Assembly: GCA_963667725.2 (NCBI GenBank)
Contig: CAXXHO010000003.1
Span: 2,016,001-2,080,000, forward strand
Length of the DNA stretch: 64,000 bases
Reading direction: 5' to 3'
DNA from: Treponemataceae bacterium
GTDB taxonomy: Bacteria > Spirochaetota > Spirochaetia > Treponematales > Rectinemataceae
The position numbers and the translations under genes were made by a program. Under the pieces are notes generated by a model, which saw only the letters and a program-made list of their open reading frames with translations, was not told the DNA's origin and did not search any database. Position 1 is the first letter of the stretch. Every line of letters starts with the position of its first letter. This document shows, one piece after another, positions 18,419 to 28,248 of this stretch.

Positions 18419-19282
18419 CTATTTCGAAGTCGCCAGATAGACCCCCGCTATCGCCGCTGCCCCTCCCGCCAGCTGGAGGGGGGCGAGCCGTTCGCCCAGG
18501 ATCAAGAATGAGGCAATGACGGAAACGACGGGGACGAGGTTGACGAAAACGCTCGAGCGGCTCGTCCCCAGCTCGTCCAGGACGATGACATAAAGCCAAT
18601 AGCCGATCGCCGAGGCGAGGACGCCGAGAAAGAGCACATTCATCACCACGGGGAATGAAAGCCGCAGATCGCTCGGTCCTTCCGCGAAGACAAAGGGAAC
18701 GCAGCCCACCATCCCGAAAAATATCTGCCAGAAGGTGATCGAAAGAAGCGAGTATTTTCCGGCTATCGGCTTGGTGATGAAGGTGTAGGCTACCCAGGAC
18801 ACGGCGGCCCCGATCATGAAAAAGTATCCATCGGGCGAAGATCGCGCCGCTTCGGAACGGATCACGATCAGGGCGACGCCCACGAAAGACAGCACTATAC
18901 CGGCCGACACGGCAAAAGTGATCTTCCTGCGGAAAAACACCATGTCGACAAGCAGGGTAAGGATGGGAATCGTGCCCACGATGATGGATGATTCGGAGGC
19001 CGAGAGCCTCATGATCCCGTTGTTTTCGAAAAAGAAATAGAGCGAGATGCCCACGAAGCCGCTGGCGGCGATCAGCGGAATATCCTTCCAGCGTATGGTG
19101 AGCGTCGTTTTCGTCATCCAGGCTATCGGCGGCAGCAGGAGCGTGGCGATGACGAAGCGCAGGAGGGCCAGGGTCATCGGCCTAACCTCGTCGACGATCA
19201 CTTTCGTCGACAGAAAAGTCAAACCCCAGATGACGGCCACGGCGACGCCGGCTAGAGGGGCAAGAGAGCTTTTTTTCTTCAT
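18419..19282 (-). CDS. EamA/DMT family transporter
   Basis: IWGLTF...RF..A and second EamA repeat with NLVPV, ILGERL; about 10 TM; start at ATG 19282. Confidence 0.9.
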   Translation of the reverse strand: MKKKSSLAPLAGVAVAVIWGLTFLSTKVIVDEVRPMTLALLRFVIATLLLPPIAWMTKTTLTIRWKDIPLIAASGFVGISLYFFFENNGIMRLSASESSIIVGTIPILTLLVDMVFFRRKITFAVSAGIVLSFVGVALIVIRSEAARSSPDGYFFMIGAAVSWVAYTFITKPIAGKYSLLSITFWQIFFGMVGCVPFVFAEGPSDLRLSFPVVMNVLFLGVLASAIGYWLYVIVLDELGTSRSSVFVNLVPVVSVIASFLILGERLAPLQLAGGAAAIAGVYLATSK

Positions 19283-19377
19283 TGCGCTACTGTATACCCT
19301 TGAGAACAGGGTCTGTCCATACCTCAATCAAACGATCCATCCTGTCCGCGTCGACGCTTTCATGCTATAATTTTCGT
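19283..19377. promoter_or_regulatory. Back-to-back promoters for the EamA gene and hutH, both with leaderless geometry
   Basis: Minus strand TACAGT-6 nt-ATG(19282); plus strand TGcTATAAT-6 nt-ATG(19378); no SD before either gene. Confidence 0.6.
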
Positions 19378-20976
19378 ATGGATGAAGTACGACTGGACGG
19401 CTGTTCCCTCACCCTCGATCAACTCGTGGCGATCTCCCGCGGCGGCGCGAACGTGCGCCTCGACGAAGACGCGATAGTCCGGATGCAGGCATCGCGGGCT
19501 GTCGTGGAGCGCTGCGTCGAAGAACAGCTCGTGCGCTACGGCATCACCACCGGATTCGGTAAATTCTGCAATGTGGTCATATCCAAAGAAGACAATACGA
19601 TTCTCCAGAAAAACCTGATCATGAGCCATGCCTGCGGCCAGGGACAGCCCCTGCCCAAAGAGGCCGTGAGGGCGATGATGACGCTCAGGGCCAATGCCCT
19701 GGCCGTCGGCAATTCAGGCATAAGGCCCAAGGTGGTACAGCACCTCATCGACATGATCAATGCCGACATCGTTCCCGTGGTGCCTGAAAAGGGCTCGCTC
19801 GGCGCTTCGGGCGACCTTGCGCCCCTCGCCCACATGGCCCTCGTCATCATCGGCATGGGCGAGGCCTTCTACAAAGGCGAACGCATGCCCGGCCTCAAGG
19901 CGCTGGCCCTCGGCGGCCTCCACCCTGTAAGTCTCGAAGCCAAGGAAGGCTTGGCGCTGATAAACGGCACCCAGGCCATGACGGCCGTGGGCGCGCTCGC
20001 CGTCTACGACGCCGTCAATCTATATAAAACCGCTTCCATCGCGTCGGCGCTCAGTTTCCAGGCCCTTAGGGGCATCATCGACGCCTTCGACCCACGCATC
20101 CATGAACTGAGACGCCAGATCGGGCAGAAAACCTGCGCCGCTGACATGAGGCGCCTCGTCGAAGCATCGGCCCTGACCACGAGGCAGGGCGAACAGCGCG
20201 TCCAGGATGCCTATGTCCTGCGCTGCATACCGCAGGTCCACGGCGCCAGCCTCGACGCCATCGGCTACGTGCGAAACATTATCGAGAACGAACTCAACGC
20301 TGTCACCGACAACCCGCTCATTTTCCCCAACGTGGACAAGGGTCCCGAAAAATCGGCCCCGGGCGCGGGAAAGGGTCAGGGCGCGGAGGCGGGTGATCCC
20401 GGCAACATCATCTCCGGCGGCAACTTCCACGGCCAGCCCATCGCCCTCGCCATGGATTTCCTCGCCATCGCCTGCGCCGAACTGGCCAACATCGGCGAGC
20501 GGCGGATCGAGCGTCTCGTCAATCCGGCGCTCTCCGAGGGCTTGCCCGCCTTTCTCACGACATCGGGCGGCATCAATTCCGGTTTCATGATAGTCCAGTA
20601 CGCAGCGGCCGCCCTCGTATCGGAAAACAAGGTCCTCGCCCACCCCGCCAGCGTCGACTCCATTCCCTCCAGCGCCAACCAGGAAGACCATGTCTCGATG
20701 GGGACGATAGCCGCTCGCAAGGCTGACGCCATTGTGGAGAACGCCCAGCGCGTGATAGCCATGGAACTGGCGGCGGCCTGTCAGGCCCTCGACCTGCGCG
20801 CCATCCAGATGGGCATCCCGACGATAGAGCCCCGGCTCTCTCCCAAGACTGCCGGCGCCTACGCCGTGATCCGCTCCGTGGTCTCGCGCCTCGACGGCGA
20901 CAGAGTGATGTACCCCGACCTCGACGCGATCTATACCCTTGTCGCCGACGGCATCATCGCCGAGTGCTTCGATTAG
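19378..20976 (+). CDS. hutH: Histidine ammonia-lyase
   Basis: YGITTGFG, GSLGASGDLAPLAH (MIO-forming ASG), KEGLALING, QDAYVLRC, SGGNFHG, QEDHVSMG. Confidence 0.96.
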   Translation: MDEVRLDGCSLTLDQLVAISRGGANVRLDEDAIVRMQASRAVVERCVEEQLVRYGITTGFGKFCNVVISKEDNTILQKNLIMSHACGQGQPLPKEAVRAMMTLRANALAVGNSGIRPKVVQHLIDMINADIVPVVPEKGSLGASGDLAPLAHMALVIIGMGEAFYKGERMPGLKALALGGLHPVSLEAKEGLALINGTQAMTAVGALAVYDAVNLYKTASIASALSFQALRGIIDAFDPRIHELRRQIGQKTCAADMRRLVEASALTTRQGEQRVQDAYVLRCIPQVHGASLDAIGYVRNIIENELNAVTDNPLIFPNVDKGPEKSAPGAGKGQGAEAGDPGNIISGGNFHGQPIALAMDFLAIACAELANIGERRIERLVNPALSEGLPAFLTTSGGINSGFMIVQYAAAALVSENKVLAHPASVDSIPSSANQEDHVSMGTIAARKADAIVENAQRVIAMELAAACQALDLRAIQMGIPTIEPRLSPKTAGAYAVIRSVVSRLDGDRVMYPDLDAIYTLVADGIIAECFD

Positions 20977-21072
20977 CCTTCCCTTTCCCATCAATTTTGA
21001 AAAGCCTCACCAGTAGCACTAAATTTTGATATACGTTATTCTTTTTGCACTCTTGCCTTCGGGAGGATCAAA

Positions 21073-24000
21073 GTGGCAGTGAAACGGGATTTCGGACTAC
21101 GCCTCAACAGGCTTTCGCCGCAGGAACGGGGAAAACTTATTTCCTATATAAATATCAAGCTTTCCAGCCTCGGGCTTCCGGTCTATTCCAAGGAAGGCAC
21201 GGGTTTCGTGGAACTGGCCTCTGACATGCTTGAAAGCTTCAGGCAGAAGGATAAGCTGCTGGCCGGCTACCTTTCCCCCGTGGACAGGAGGATTCAGGAC
21301 TTTCTGGATTCCTACCTGGGAGATCTGGGAATGGCCAGGATTCCGACCCTGCCTTCCATGACCCTCGTCCTGGACCGCTACGGCATGTCGAGGGAGATAT
21401 CCCTCCCCCCCGGCGGGCACAAGCATGTATCGCCCACGTTGACCTCCTATCGCGTGCGCAACGGCGTGCTCCACAACCCAACCAACGATAAACGCACCAC
21501 TGAAGGCGTCTTCCATATCGCGGAAGGCGGTCTGCCCATTCCGCCCGACAAGAAGGCCGTTCCCAAGATAGTCTTCGCCCGCCTCCTCGAAGCGGCCTTC
21601 AACCCGCCGGCCGAAATGTTGGAACTTCCCTTTACCGCCGATGAAAGCGAAAAGGCCAGGACGATGATTTCTCTGCTGATGCGCCCCGTTGTCCGGCCCG
21701 AAGTCCATGGCTACTGCGAAGAACGCTCGATGGAAGTGCGTTTTTTCGCGCCCGGCTCCCTGGCCGCCAGCCTCGATTTCGTCGAGAGCATTTTCGGCAA
21801 TTCAGGCGACCCACTGATCCCCGACAACGACGCCGCCCTCGACCCCATGCGCTGGAGCGGAACCACGGGCTGCGTCATCCTCGCCACCCACCTCACTACC
21901 CTCCTGAAGAAGGATCTCGGATTACCCCATTACGACAAAGCCACCGAACGCCAGAAGCGCGACGGCATGTGCTGGAACGAACCGACGGAACGATACAACG
22001 ACGGCAAACCCTTCAAGATCTGCGCCCGCGACGCCAGGGGCGTGATCGTATCCATAATCGCCGACAATTACTTCGGCTATTCCAAAAAGGAAATCAAGGC
22101 GCATATCTCCTACTCGGCCAACCTCCTGGGCCTCGCCGAAGAGGAACACGCCGGCGGAGCCCTGGTTTTCCCCTCCTATAATCATGGTACCCGCTTCGTC
22201 CCCGACACCAACCTCAACTCCCGCGGCCACAACATCCAGAACGTATTCGATCTCATGAGGGGGAGGATAGAGGAAAAGCCCGAAGGCTATGCCGTCGACC
22301 TCACCTATCCCAATATCGTCTATGTTCCCGAGAACGCCTACATATCCCTTGAGGACCAGAAGGCCCACTGGACCTGGGAAGGCAAGGAACAATCCCTGCG
22401 AATCCTTCCCGGCGAAGTGTACGTCCACCCGACAGGCTATCGAGTCCACATGGAACGCCATCCCGGTTCGGGCGCCTGGAGGCTTATCGGCACGACGGCG
22501 GAAGGCCTGCTCTGCCACAAACCCTGCACGGTGTCGGGAGGGGGAAAATCGGAGATCGCCAAGTCGATAACCGACGCCATAACCTATTCGCCCATCACCA
22601 TCGCCGATTTCCACGAAGACATGAAAGCGGTGAAGGCCATCATCGAAAAGGATTACGGCAACAGGTTCAAGGACGAAAACGAAAATCACGGCAAGGATTC
22701 CCGGCAGATTTTCTCGCCGCAACGCTCCCTTGGCTCGGTGATAAAGCTGCTCTCGCCCTCGCCTCTCTACAAGGACGAATACAACGCCTGGCTGAAATCC
22801 CTTCCCGAACGGATCAAGAGCCTCGTTTTCCTCGTCAAGCGATTCTATACCCCCGATTGGGGCGACGACTGGATGTCGCATTTTTCCGTCGACGTCGTCA
22901 ACGGCACCACCGGCAACATCCTGAAATTCGAGGACAGGCCGGTGCTCGGCTCATACCTGCGCGTCGGAAGGGACCCCCATGGCCTGCGCAGGACGTTCAA
23001 GCTGCGCCAGGATTACATGCCTGCCGAAAAGAGACAGTGGGAGGACGATATCACCGCTTCCGTGGTCGTGCCCACCAAGGCGCTGAAAAATCTTCCCGCC
23101 TGGGCGGAACGCTATTCCAGCCTGAAGTTCTGCCGGAACGCGGAAGCCCGTTTCTTCCAAAGACCGGACGATGCCGTCATCCGCGGCTACGACAAGCAGG
23201 CCGAGAAGGATATGTCGCGCCAGGACAATTTCATAAGCAATTTCGAGCCGCTGACCAGGGCTCACGCCGCGCGGTTCATCGAAAAGACGGTCCAGTTCTC
23301 CGAATACACCGACGCGATGCGCTTCTTCATCGAAGCGGCGGAGGCTGATCCGCATTTCGAATACTTCGTGGCTTCGGACAACCCAAGGCTTGTAAACGGC
23401 TCTCCTTCCAAGAATCCGCGCTATCTCCAGCTGGATCCGAACTATACGAATCCCCAGGCCCGCTATCTAGCCGATCTGGGACCGAGGCTCTACCGCAGAG
23501 TGGAAGCCGACAAGCCCCTCCTTCATCCGGTGGGCGCCGTGCTTCCTGGCCGCAGGAACAATCCCGCCGATCCCAAGGCCGGCATCAGGCCGCTCGCCGT
23601 CTATGGCCCCATCCATTACCAGGACTTGCCCGAGCTTTTCATGGATTTCGTCTGCTCGCTCACGGGAAAAAGCCCCTCCACGACGGGAGCGGGAAGCGAG
23701 GGAGCGCTCACGAAAGGCCCCTTCAATCCCCTCGTGCCCACGACCGACCTCAACAACGCCCTGCTGGCCTTCATCCTGACGGGATACGCGGGCTTCACGA
23801 CGGCCGCCGGCTACATAGGCCGACAGTACAGGGTGGATCACGACATTTCCCTCCTCATACCCGAGCTTTGGGCGCGCCTTTCCCCCGAAGAGCGTGATCC
23901 CGACTTCCTCAAGGAACATGGCTATCTCGAAAGAGTGGAGGACTTCGGCTACGAAGACAGAATGGTACCAGCGTCGCGCCTGGGGTGGAGAATCACCCCG

Positions 24001-24528
24001 CTTTTCGCGGCCACTTACCTGGGAAGGCTCTTCGATACGCCGGCTTCGGTTTTCCCCGAGGAAATGCTGCGCCCCGAACTGCAGTCCCTTCCCGAATTCG
24101 TGGATGGCATCGAGAATATCGCCGAGGCGATGGAAAAATCCGCCAAAGCCTATCTGGAAGACGGATCCATAGAAGCCGCCATCCCGCCTCTCAAGGCGGT
24201 GCTTTCGGTGATGGCGACAGGCTCCATCGATGGCAAGAGCATTCACGATCCCGAGGTGCGGCGTCTTTTCGACAGGGACTATGTCCTTGCCTCTGACTGG
24301 TATAAAAAGAGGCTCGTCGACTACAGGGGGCAGGAAGTCGCCTATATCGAAAAATCCATCGTCTATATTCGCAACTACCTCGCGGAAAAGGCCGAGCCGA
24401 AGAGCCTCTCCGCCCGGCGCGCCCAAGTGGAACTGACAAAGGCCAAAGAGCGCCTGGAGCAGCTTATGACGAAGGATTATCTGGAATTCGTAAGCGGATC
24501 CATCGGCAAGGACGGGCTGTTCGTCTGA
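21073..24528 (+). CDS. Probable PPi-dependent phosphoenolpyruvate carboxykinase (PEP carboxytransphosphorylase, EC 4.1.1.38)
   Basis: 1151 aa; GVLHNPTNDKRTTEGVFH, DNYFGYSKKEIK, EEEHAGGA, CHKPCTVSGGGKSEIAKS, LTGKSPSTTGAGSEGALTKGPFN match the Entamoeba/Propionibacterium-type family as I recall it; GGGAGG RBS with GTG start. Confidence 0.85.
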   Translation: MAVKRDFGLRLNRLSPQERGKLISYINIKLSSLGLPVYSKEGTGFVELASDMLESFRQKDKLLAGYLSPVDRRIQDFLDSYLGDLGMARIPTLPSMTLVLDRYGMSREISLPPGGHKHVSPTLTSYRVRNGVLHNPTNDKRTTEGVFHIAEGGLPIPPDKKAVPKIVFARLLEAAFNPPAEMLELPFTADESEKARTMISLLMRPVVRPEVHGYCEERSMEVRFFAPGSLAASLDFVESIFGNSGDPLIPDNDAALDPMRWSGTTGCVILATHLTTLLKKDLGLPHYDKATERQKRDGMCWNEPTERYNDGKPFKICARDARGVIVSIIADNYFGYSKKEIKAHISYSANLLGLAEEEHAGGALVFPSYNHGTRFVPDTNLNSRGHNIQNVFDLMRGRIEEKPEGYAVDLTYPNIVYVPENAYISLEDQKAHWTWEGKEQSLRILPGEVYVHPTGYRVHMERHPGSGAWRLIGTTAEGLLCHKPCTVSGGGKSEIAKSITDAITYSPITIADFHEDMKAVKAIIEKDYGNRFKDENENHGKDSRQIFSPQRSLGSVIKLLSPSPLYKDEYNAWLKSLPERIKSLVFLVKRFYTPDWGDDWMSHFSVDVVNGTTGNILKFEDRPVLGSYLRVGRDPHGLRRTFKLRQDYMPAEKRQWEDDITASVVVPTKALKNLPAWAERYSSLKFCRNAEARFFQRPDDAVIRGYDKQAEKDMSRQDNFISNFEPLTRAHAARFIEKTVQFSEYTDAMRFFIEAAEADPHFEYFVASDNPRLVNGSPSKNPRYLQLDPNYTNPQARYLADLGPRLYRRVEADKPLLHPVGAVLPGRRNNPADPKAGIRPLAVYGPIHYQDLPELFMDFVCSLTGKSPSTTGAGSEGALTKGPFNPLVPTTDLNNALLAFILTGYAGFTTAAGYIGRQYRVDHDISLLIPELWARLSPEERDPDFLKEHGYLERVEDFGYEDRMVPASRLGWRITPLFAATYLGRLFDTPASVFPEEMLRPELQSLPEFVDGIENIAEAMEKSAKAYLEDGSIEAAIPPLKAVLSVMATGSIDGKSIHDPEVRRLFDRDYVLASDWYKKRLVDYRGQEVAYIEKSIVYIRNYLAEKAEPKSLSARRAQVELTKAKERLEQLMTKDYLEFVSGSIGKDGLFV

Positions 24529-24568
24529 GGCGATGGATCGCGTCCACGAGGCTGGGAGGCTTGAGCGA

Positions 24569-25855
24569 ATGAATGGCACTTTAGTTGTCGTGAATATCGG
24601 CGAACTGACAACCCCCCTCGGCGGTCGGGCCAGGCGCGGCGCCGAAATGGGCATGCTCCATGTGGTAAAGAACGCCATAATCGTCGCCGAAGAAGGAAAA
24701 ATCCTCTATGCAGGCTCGAGGAACAGCCCCGAAGGCGAGACAGCTCTCGCCAGGGCGCGCTCCGGAAACGCATCGTGGATGGACGCGAAGGGCCGCGCCT
24801 GCGTCCCCGGCTTCGTCGACAGCCATACGCACTTCATCTTCGGCGGATTCCGCGCCGATGAGTTCTTCTGGCGCGCTGAAGGTTTACCCTATATGGAGAT
24901 TCACCGGCGGGGAGGCGGAATCCGCCGGACCATGGACGCGACGCGCGGCTCCTCCCTCGAAGACCTGCTCGCCCTCGGCAATGCGCGCCTCGAAACGATG
25001 CTAGGCCTGGGCGTGACGACGGTCGAAGGCAAATCGGGCTACGGCCTCGACCGCGACACCGAGATCCGCCAACTGGAAGCCATGGCCGCCCTCGATCGGA
25101 CCCAGCCCGTCGACATCGTCCCCACGTACATGGGAGCGCATTCGATCCCCCCCGAGTTCGCGGGGCGGCCGTCCGACTACATCGACTTCGTCATAGAGAA
25201 AGTGCTGCCCGAGGTGGGAAGCCGCGGGCTCGCCGCATTCGCCGACGTTTTTTGCGAGGAAGGAGTCTTCGGCATCGAGGATTCGCGGCGCTACCTATTA
25301 GCCGCGCGCGCCGCCGGCCTCGGCCTCAAGCTGCACGCCGACGAGATAGTGCGCATAGGGGGCGCCGGCCTCGCCGCCGAACTCGGGGCCGCGAGCGCCG
25401 ACCATCTGCTCAAGGCCTCCAGGGAGGATCTCGCCGCCATGGGCGCGGCCGGCGTCATCGCCACCTGCCTCCCCCTCACCGCCTTCACCCTGCGGGAACC
25501 CTACGCTGACGCCCGCGCCATGATAGATTCAGGCCTCGCCCTCGCCCTCGCCTCCGACCTCAATCCGGGCTCATGTTACAGCCAGTCCATTCCGCTGATC
25601 TTCGCCCTCGCGACGCTCTATATGAAGCTCAGTTTCGCGGAAACGCTCACCGCCCTCACCCTCAACGGCGCCGCGGCCCTCGGCCTGGCTGAGACTCGCG
25701 GATCCATCGAGCCAGGCAAGGCGGCGGACTTTCTCCTCCTGGACGCCCCGACTGCCGAACACCTCGCCTACCACGTGGGCATGAATCTGGTCGCGCGGAC
25801 GATCAAAGACGGGGAAATCGCGAGTCATCGAGCCTTCTTCCTCGAAAAAACATAG
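24569..25855 (+). CDS. hutI: Imidazolonepropionase
   Basis: PGFVDSHTH, GVTTVEGKSGYGL, GAHSIP, LHADE, ADHL, ASDLNPGS; GGGAGG RBS before ATG 24569. Confidence 0.95.
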   Translation: MNGTLVVVNIGELTTPLGGRARRGAEMGMLHVVKNAIIVAEEGKILYAGSRNSPEGETALARARSGNASWMDAKGRACVPGFVDSHTHFIFGGFRADEFFWRAEGLPYMEIHRRGGGIRRTMDATRGSSLEDLLALGNARLETMLGLGVTTVEGKSGYGLDRDTEIRQLEAMAALDRTQPVDIVPTYMGAHSIPPEFAGRPSDYIDFVIEKVLPEVGSRGLAAFADVFCEEGVFGIEDSRRYLLAARAAGLGLKLHADEIVRIGGAGLAAELGAASADHLLKASREDLAAMGAAGVIATCLPLTAFTLREPYADARAMIDSGLALALASDLNPGSCYSQSIPLIFALATLYMKLSFAETLTALTLNGAAALGLAETRGSIEPGKAADFLLLDAPTAEHLAYHVGMNLVARTIKDGEIASHRAFFLEKT

Positions 25856-26715
25856 AGGCATACCGCGATCAGCACCCCCGCGAAGGCGACGATGAGGGCG
25901 GAAGAAGGCCTTTCGCCGAAGACCACGACGCCGAGAAAAAGCTGGGAAGTCGGAGAAACATATTGTATGAATCCCATCCTCTGGAGCGTGATGGAATTCG
26001 CCGCTTTCGCGAAGAAAAGCAGGGGCACGGCGGTGATGACGCCGGCGACCGTCAGGAGCAGGGTTATATAGACTCCCGAGTTCCAGTATGAGCCAGCTCC
26101 CGCCCTGTGCCTGGCGATCAGGAATACCAAGGCGAAGGGAAGGGCTATGAGCGTTTCAACGGTAAGGCCGAGCAGGGGCTCGAACCCCAGACGCTTTTTC
26201 ATCGCCCCGTAGAGAGCGAAACTCAGGCCCAGCAAGATGCTCACCCAAGGCACCGACCCATAGGCGATGGCCGCTCCCACTATCCCAGCTGTCGCTATCA
26301 GCACGGCTGCCCTCGTCCAGCGATCCGTTTCCTCCCTGAACAAGAGAGCGCCCAGGATGACGGAGAGCAGAGGATTTATATAGTAGCCAAGAGCTGATTC
26401 CATGACCCTGCCCGAATTGATGGCCCATATGTACAGGCCCCAGTTCGCGGTAACCATGGCCGAAGCCCCAAAGGCCATCAGCAATTTTTTTCTATTCTTG
26501 AAGAGCCCCAGGATTTCGGGGAGACGGCCTTTGGCGGCTATGAGCAGCAGGCAGAATATCGCGGCCCAAAAAATCCTGTGCATCAGGATCTGCAGAGGTT
26601 CCACCGAGGACAGCTGTTTCCAGAAAAGAGGGAAAAGCCCCCACATGCCGTAGGCCGCGAAGGCGGCCAGCGTGCCTCCGCGCGATGCCCTGGCGTTTTT
26701 TTCGTTCATTTGCAT
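25825..26715 (-). CDS. rarD: RarD-type EamA family transporter
   Basis: WGLFPLFWK, HRIFW, ESALGYYINPL, GFIQYVSPT; TATTAT-6 nt-ATG start at 26715. Confidence 0.9.
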   Translation of the reverse strand: MQMNEKNARASRGGTLAAFAAYGMWGLFPLFWKQLSSVEPLQILMHRIFWAAIFCLLLIAAKGRLPEILGLFKNRKKLLMAFGASAMVTANWGLYIWAINSGRVMESALGYYINPLLSVILGALLFREETDRWTRAAVLIATAGIVGAAIAYGSVPWVSILLGLSFALYGAMKKRLGFEPLLGLTVETLIALPFALVFLIARHRAGAGSYWNSGVYITLLLTVAGVITAVPLLFFAKAANSITLQRMGFIQYVSPTSQLFLGVVVFGERPSSALIVAFAGVLIAVCLYVFSRKKAR

Positions 26716-26948
26716 GGCTGCATAATAATGCCCAAATGACGATTCAGTCGAGCCTTGCATGCGATATGTCAATTATTTTGCCAGATGAAACGAAAGATGT
26801 AAAAAATAAAGCGGGATTATATCATCCAACGAATATTCTGTCAAATTTTTTTGAATAAAGATTGACTTCATCGCCGAGGTAGGTTTCTATCAATAAGTAC
26901 AGACCGGCAAAGGAGCCGCATGGCGGCCCATAGTTTCAAGGAGGCAAC

Positions 26949-28070
26949 ATGAAACGTTTTGCTCTCGTACTTGCTCTCATCGCGCTGGCAGCGTCCGCCG
27001 CCATGGCACAGGACATCAAGATCGGAGGAGTGGGTCCCGTGACCGGCGATGCCGCGACGTTCGGCGTTTCCACGAAGAATGGCATAGTCATGGCCGTCGA
27101 GGAGTGGAACGCGAAAGGCGGCATATTCGGCGGAAGAAAAGCCAAGCTTATCTTCGAAGATGACAAAGGCGACCCGGCAGAAGGCGCCACGGTCTACACC
27201 AAGCTCATCCAGCAGGACAACGTCGTCGCCATCATCGGAACGGTCATGTCGAAGGTTACCCTTGCCGGAGCGCCGATCGCTCAGGCTGCCGGCGTACCGA
27301 TGATCAGCCCGACTTCCACGAACGAGAAAGTCACCCTCGTCGGCGACTACATCTTCCGCGCCTGCTTCATCGATCCCTTCCAGGGAACGGTAGGAGCGAG
27401 TTTCGCCTTCAAGGACCTCAAAGCCAAGAAAGCGGCGGCGATCTTCGATCTTGGCAACGATTATACGAAAGGCCTTGCCGAAAACTTCAAGGCTACCTTC
27501 GAGAAACTGGCCGGAAAAAATTCGGTGGTCGCCTATGAGGGACACCCCTCCGGCGCCACGGATTTCAAAGCCCAGCTGACCAAGATCGTCATGGCCAAGC
27601 CCGATGTCATCTATGTTCCCGATTACTACAATGACGTCGGCCTCATAGCCAAGCAGGCCAGGGAACTCGGATTCAAGGGCCCGATGGTCGGCGGCGACGG
27701 ATGGGATTCGCCCGAACTCGTCAAGATCGGCGGAACGGCCGTGGAGAATGGATTCTTCACCAACCACTATTCCCCCGCGGACAAGCGCCCTATAGTCCAG
27801 GATTTCGTCAAGAAGTACACAGCCAAATTCGGAGCCGAGCCCGACGCTCTGGCCGCTCTCGCCTATGACGCGGCATACATCATGCTCGACGCCATAAAGC
27901 GCGCCGGTTCGACCAAGGGAACCGCGATTCGCGACGCTCTGGTCAAGACTTCGCTCGACACGGTTTCCGGCAAGGTTACCTTCGACGCGAACAGGAACCC
28001 GATCAAATCGGCCGTCATCATTGAGATGAAGGACGGGAAACAGGTTTACAAGACCACCGTCAATCCTTGA
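26949..28070 (+). CDS. livK: Branched-chain amino acid-type (HAAT) ABC transporter substrate-binding protein
   Basis: Signal peptide; DDKGDPAE, ISPTSTN, FRACFIDPFQG, GGDGWDS; AGGAGG RBS. Confidence 0.92.
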   Translation: MKRFALVLALIALAASAAMAQDIKIGGVGPVTGDAATFGVSTKNGIVMAVEEWNAKGGIFGGRKAKLIFEDDKGDPAEGATVYTKLIQQDNVVAIIGTVMSKVTLAGAPIAQAAGVPMISPTSTNEKVTLVGDYIFRACFIDPFQGTVGASFAFKDLKAKKAAAIFDLGNDYTKGLAENFKATFEKLAGKNSVVAYEGHPSGATDFKAQLTKIVMAKPDVIYVPDYYNDVGLIAKQARELGFKGPMVGGDGWDSPELVKIGGTAVENGFFTNHYSPADKRPIVQDFVKKYTAKFGAEPDALAALAYDAAYIMLDAIKRAGSTKGTAIRDALVKTSLDTVSGKVTFDANRNPIKSAVIIEMKDGKQVYKTTVNP

Positions 28071-28081
28071 CGGAATCAAGT

Positions 28082-28154
28082 GCCGGCCGGGGCTTCGCCC
28101 TCGCCGGCGGCTTTTTTCTCTAGGCCGCCTGTCCCGCTCTGGACAGAGCGGCCT
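28082..28154 (+). terminator. Two hairpins after the binding-protein gene (partial terminator or mRNA stabiliser)
   Basis: GCCGGC...GCCGGCGGC-T6, then AGGCCGCCTGTCC...GGACAGAGCGGCCT. Confidence 0.55.
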
Positions 28155-28248
28155 CATCCATATTTAATGGGTAAGGTCTTATAGGGCAAATTCAGAAAAA
28201 AACGCCGGAGGATCCAGAAAATCCATCGCGCGGAAAGGGACAACCAGA

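Noticed and set aside
19282..19377. N-terminal extensions given by the ORF track (hutH, EamA, rluA, rarD, livG, rpsM, rpsD, rpsS, rplN, rplL, etc.)
   Set aside because: Longest-ORF artefacts; family N-termini, RBS or promoter positions and stop-start overlaps support the shorter starts used
26832..26848. CodY-box-like sequence upstream of livK
   Set aside because: Only about 11/15 match in an AT-rich spacer, and CodY is chiefly a Firmicutes regulator
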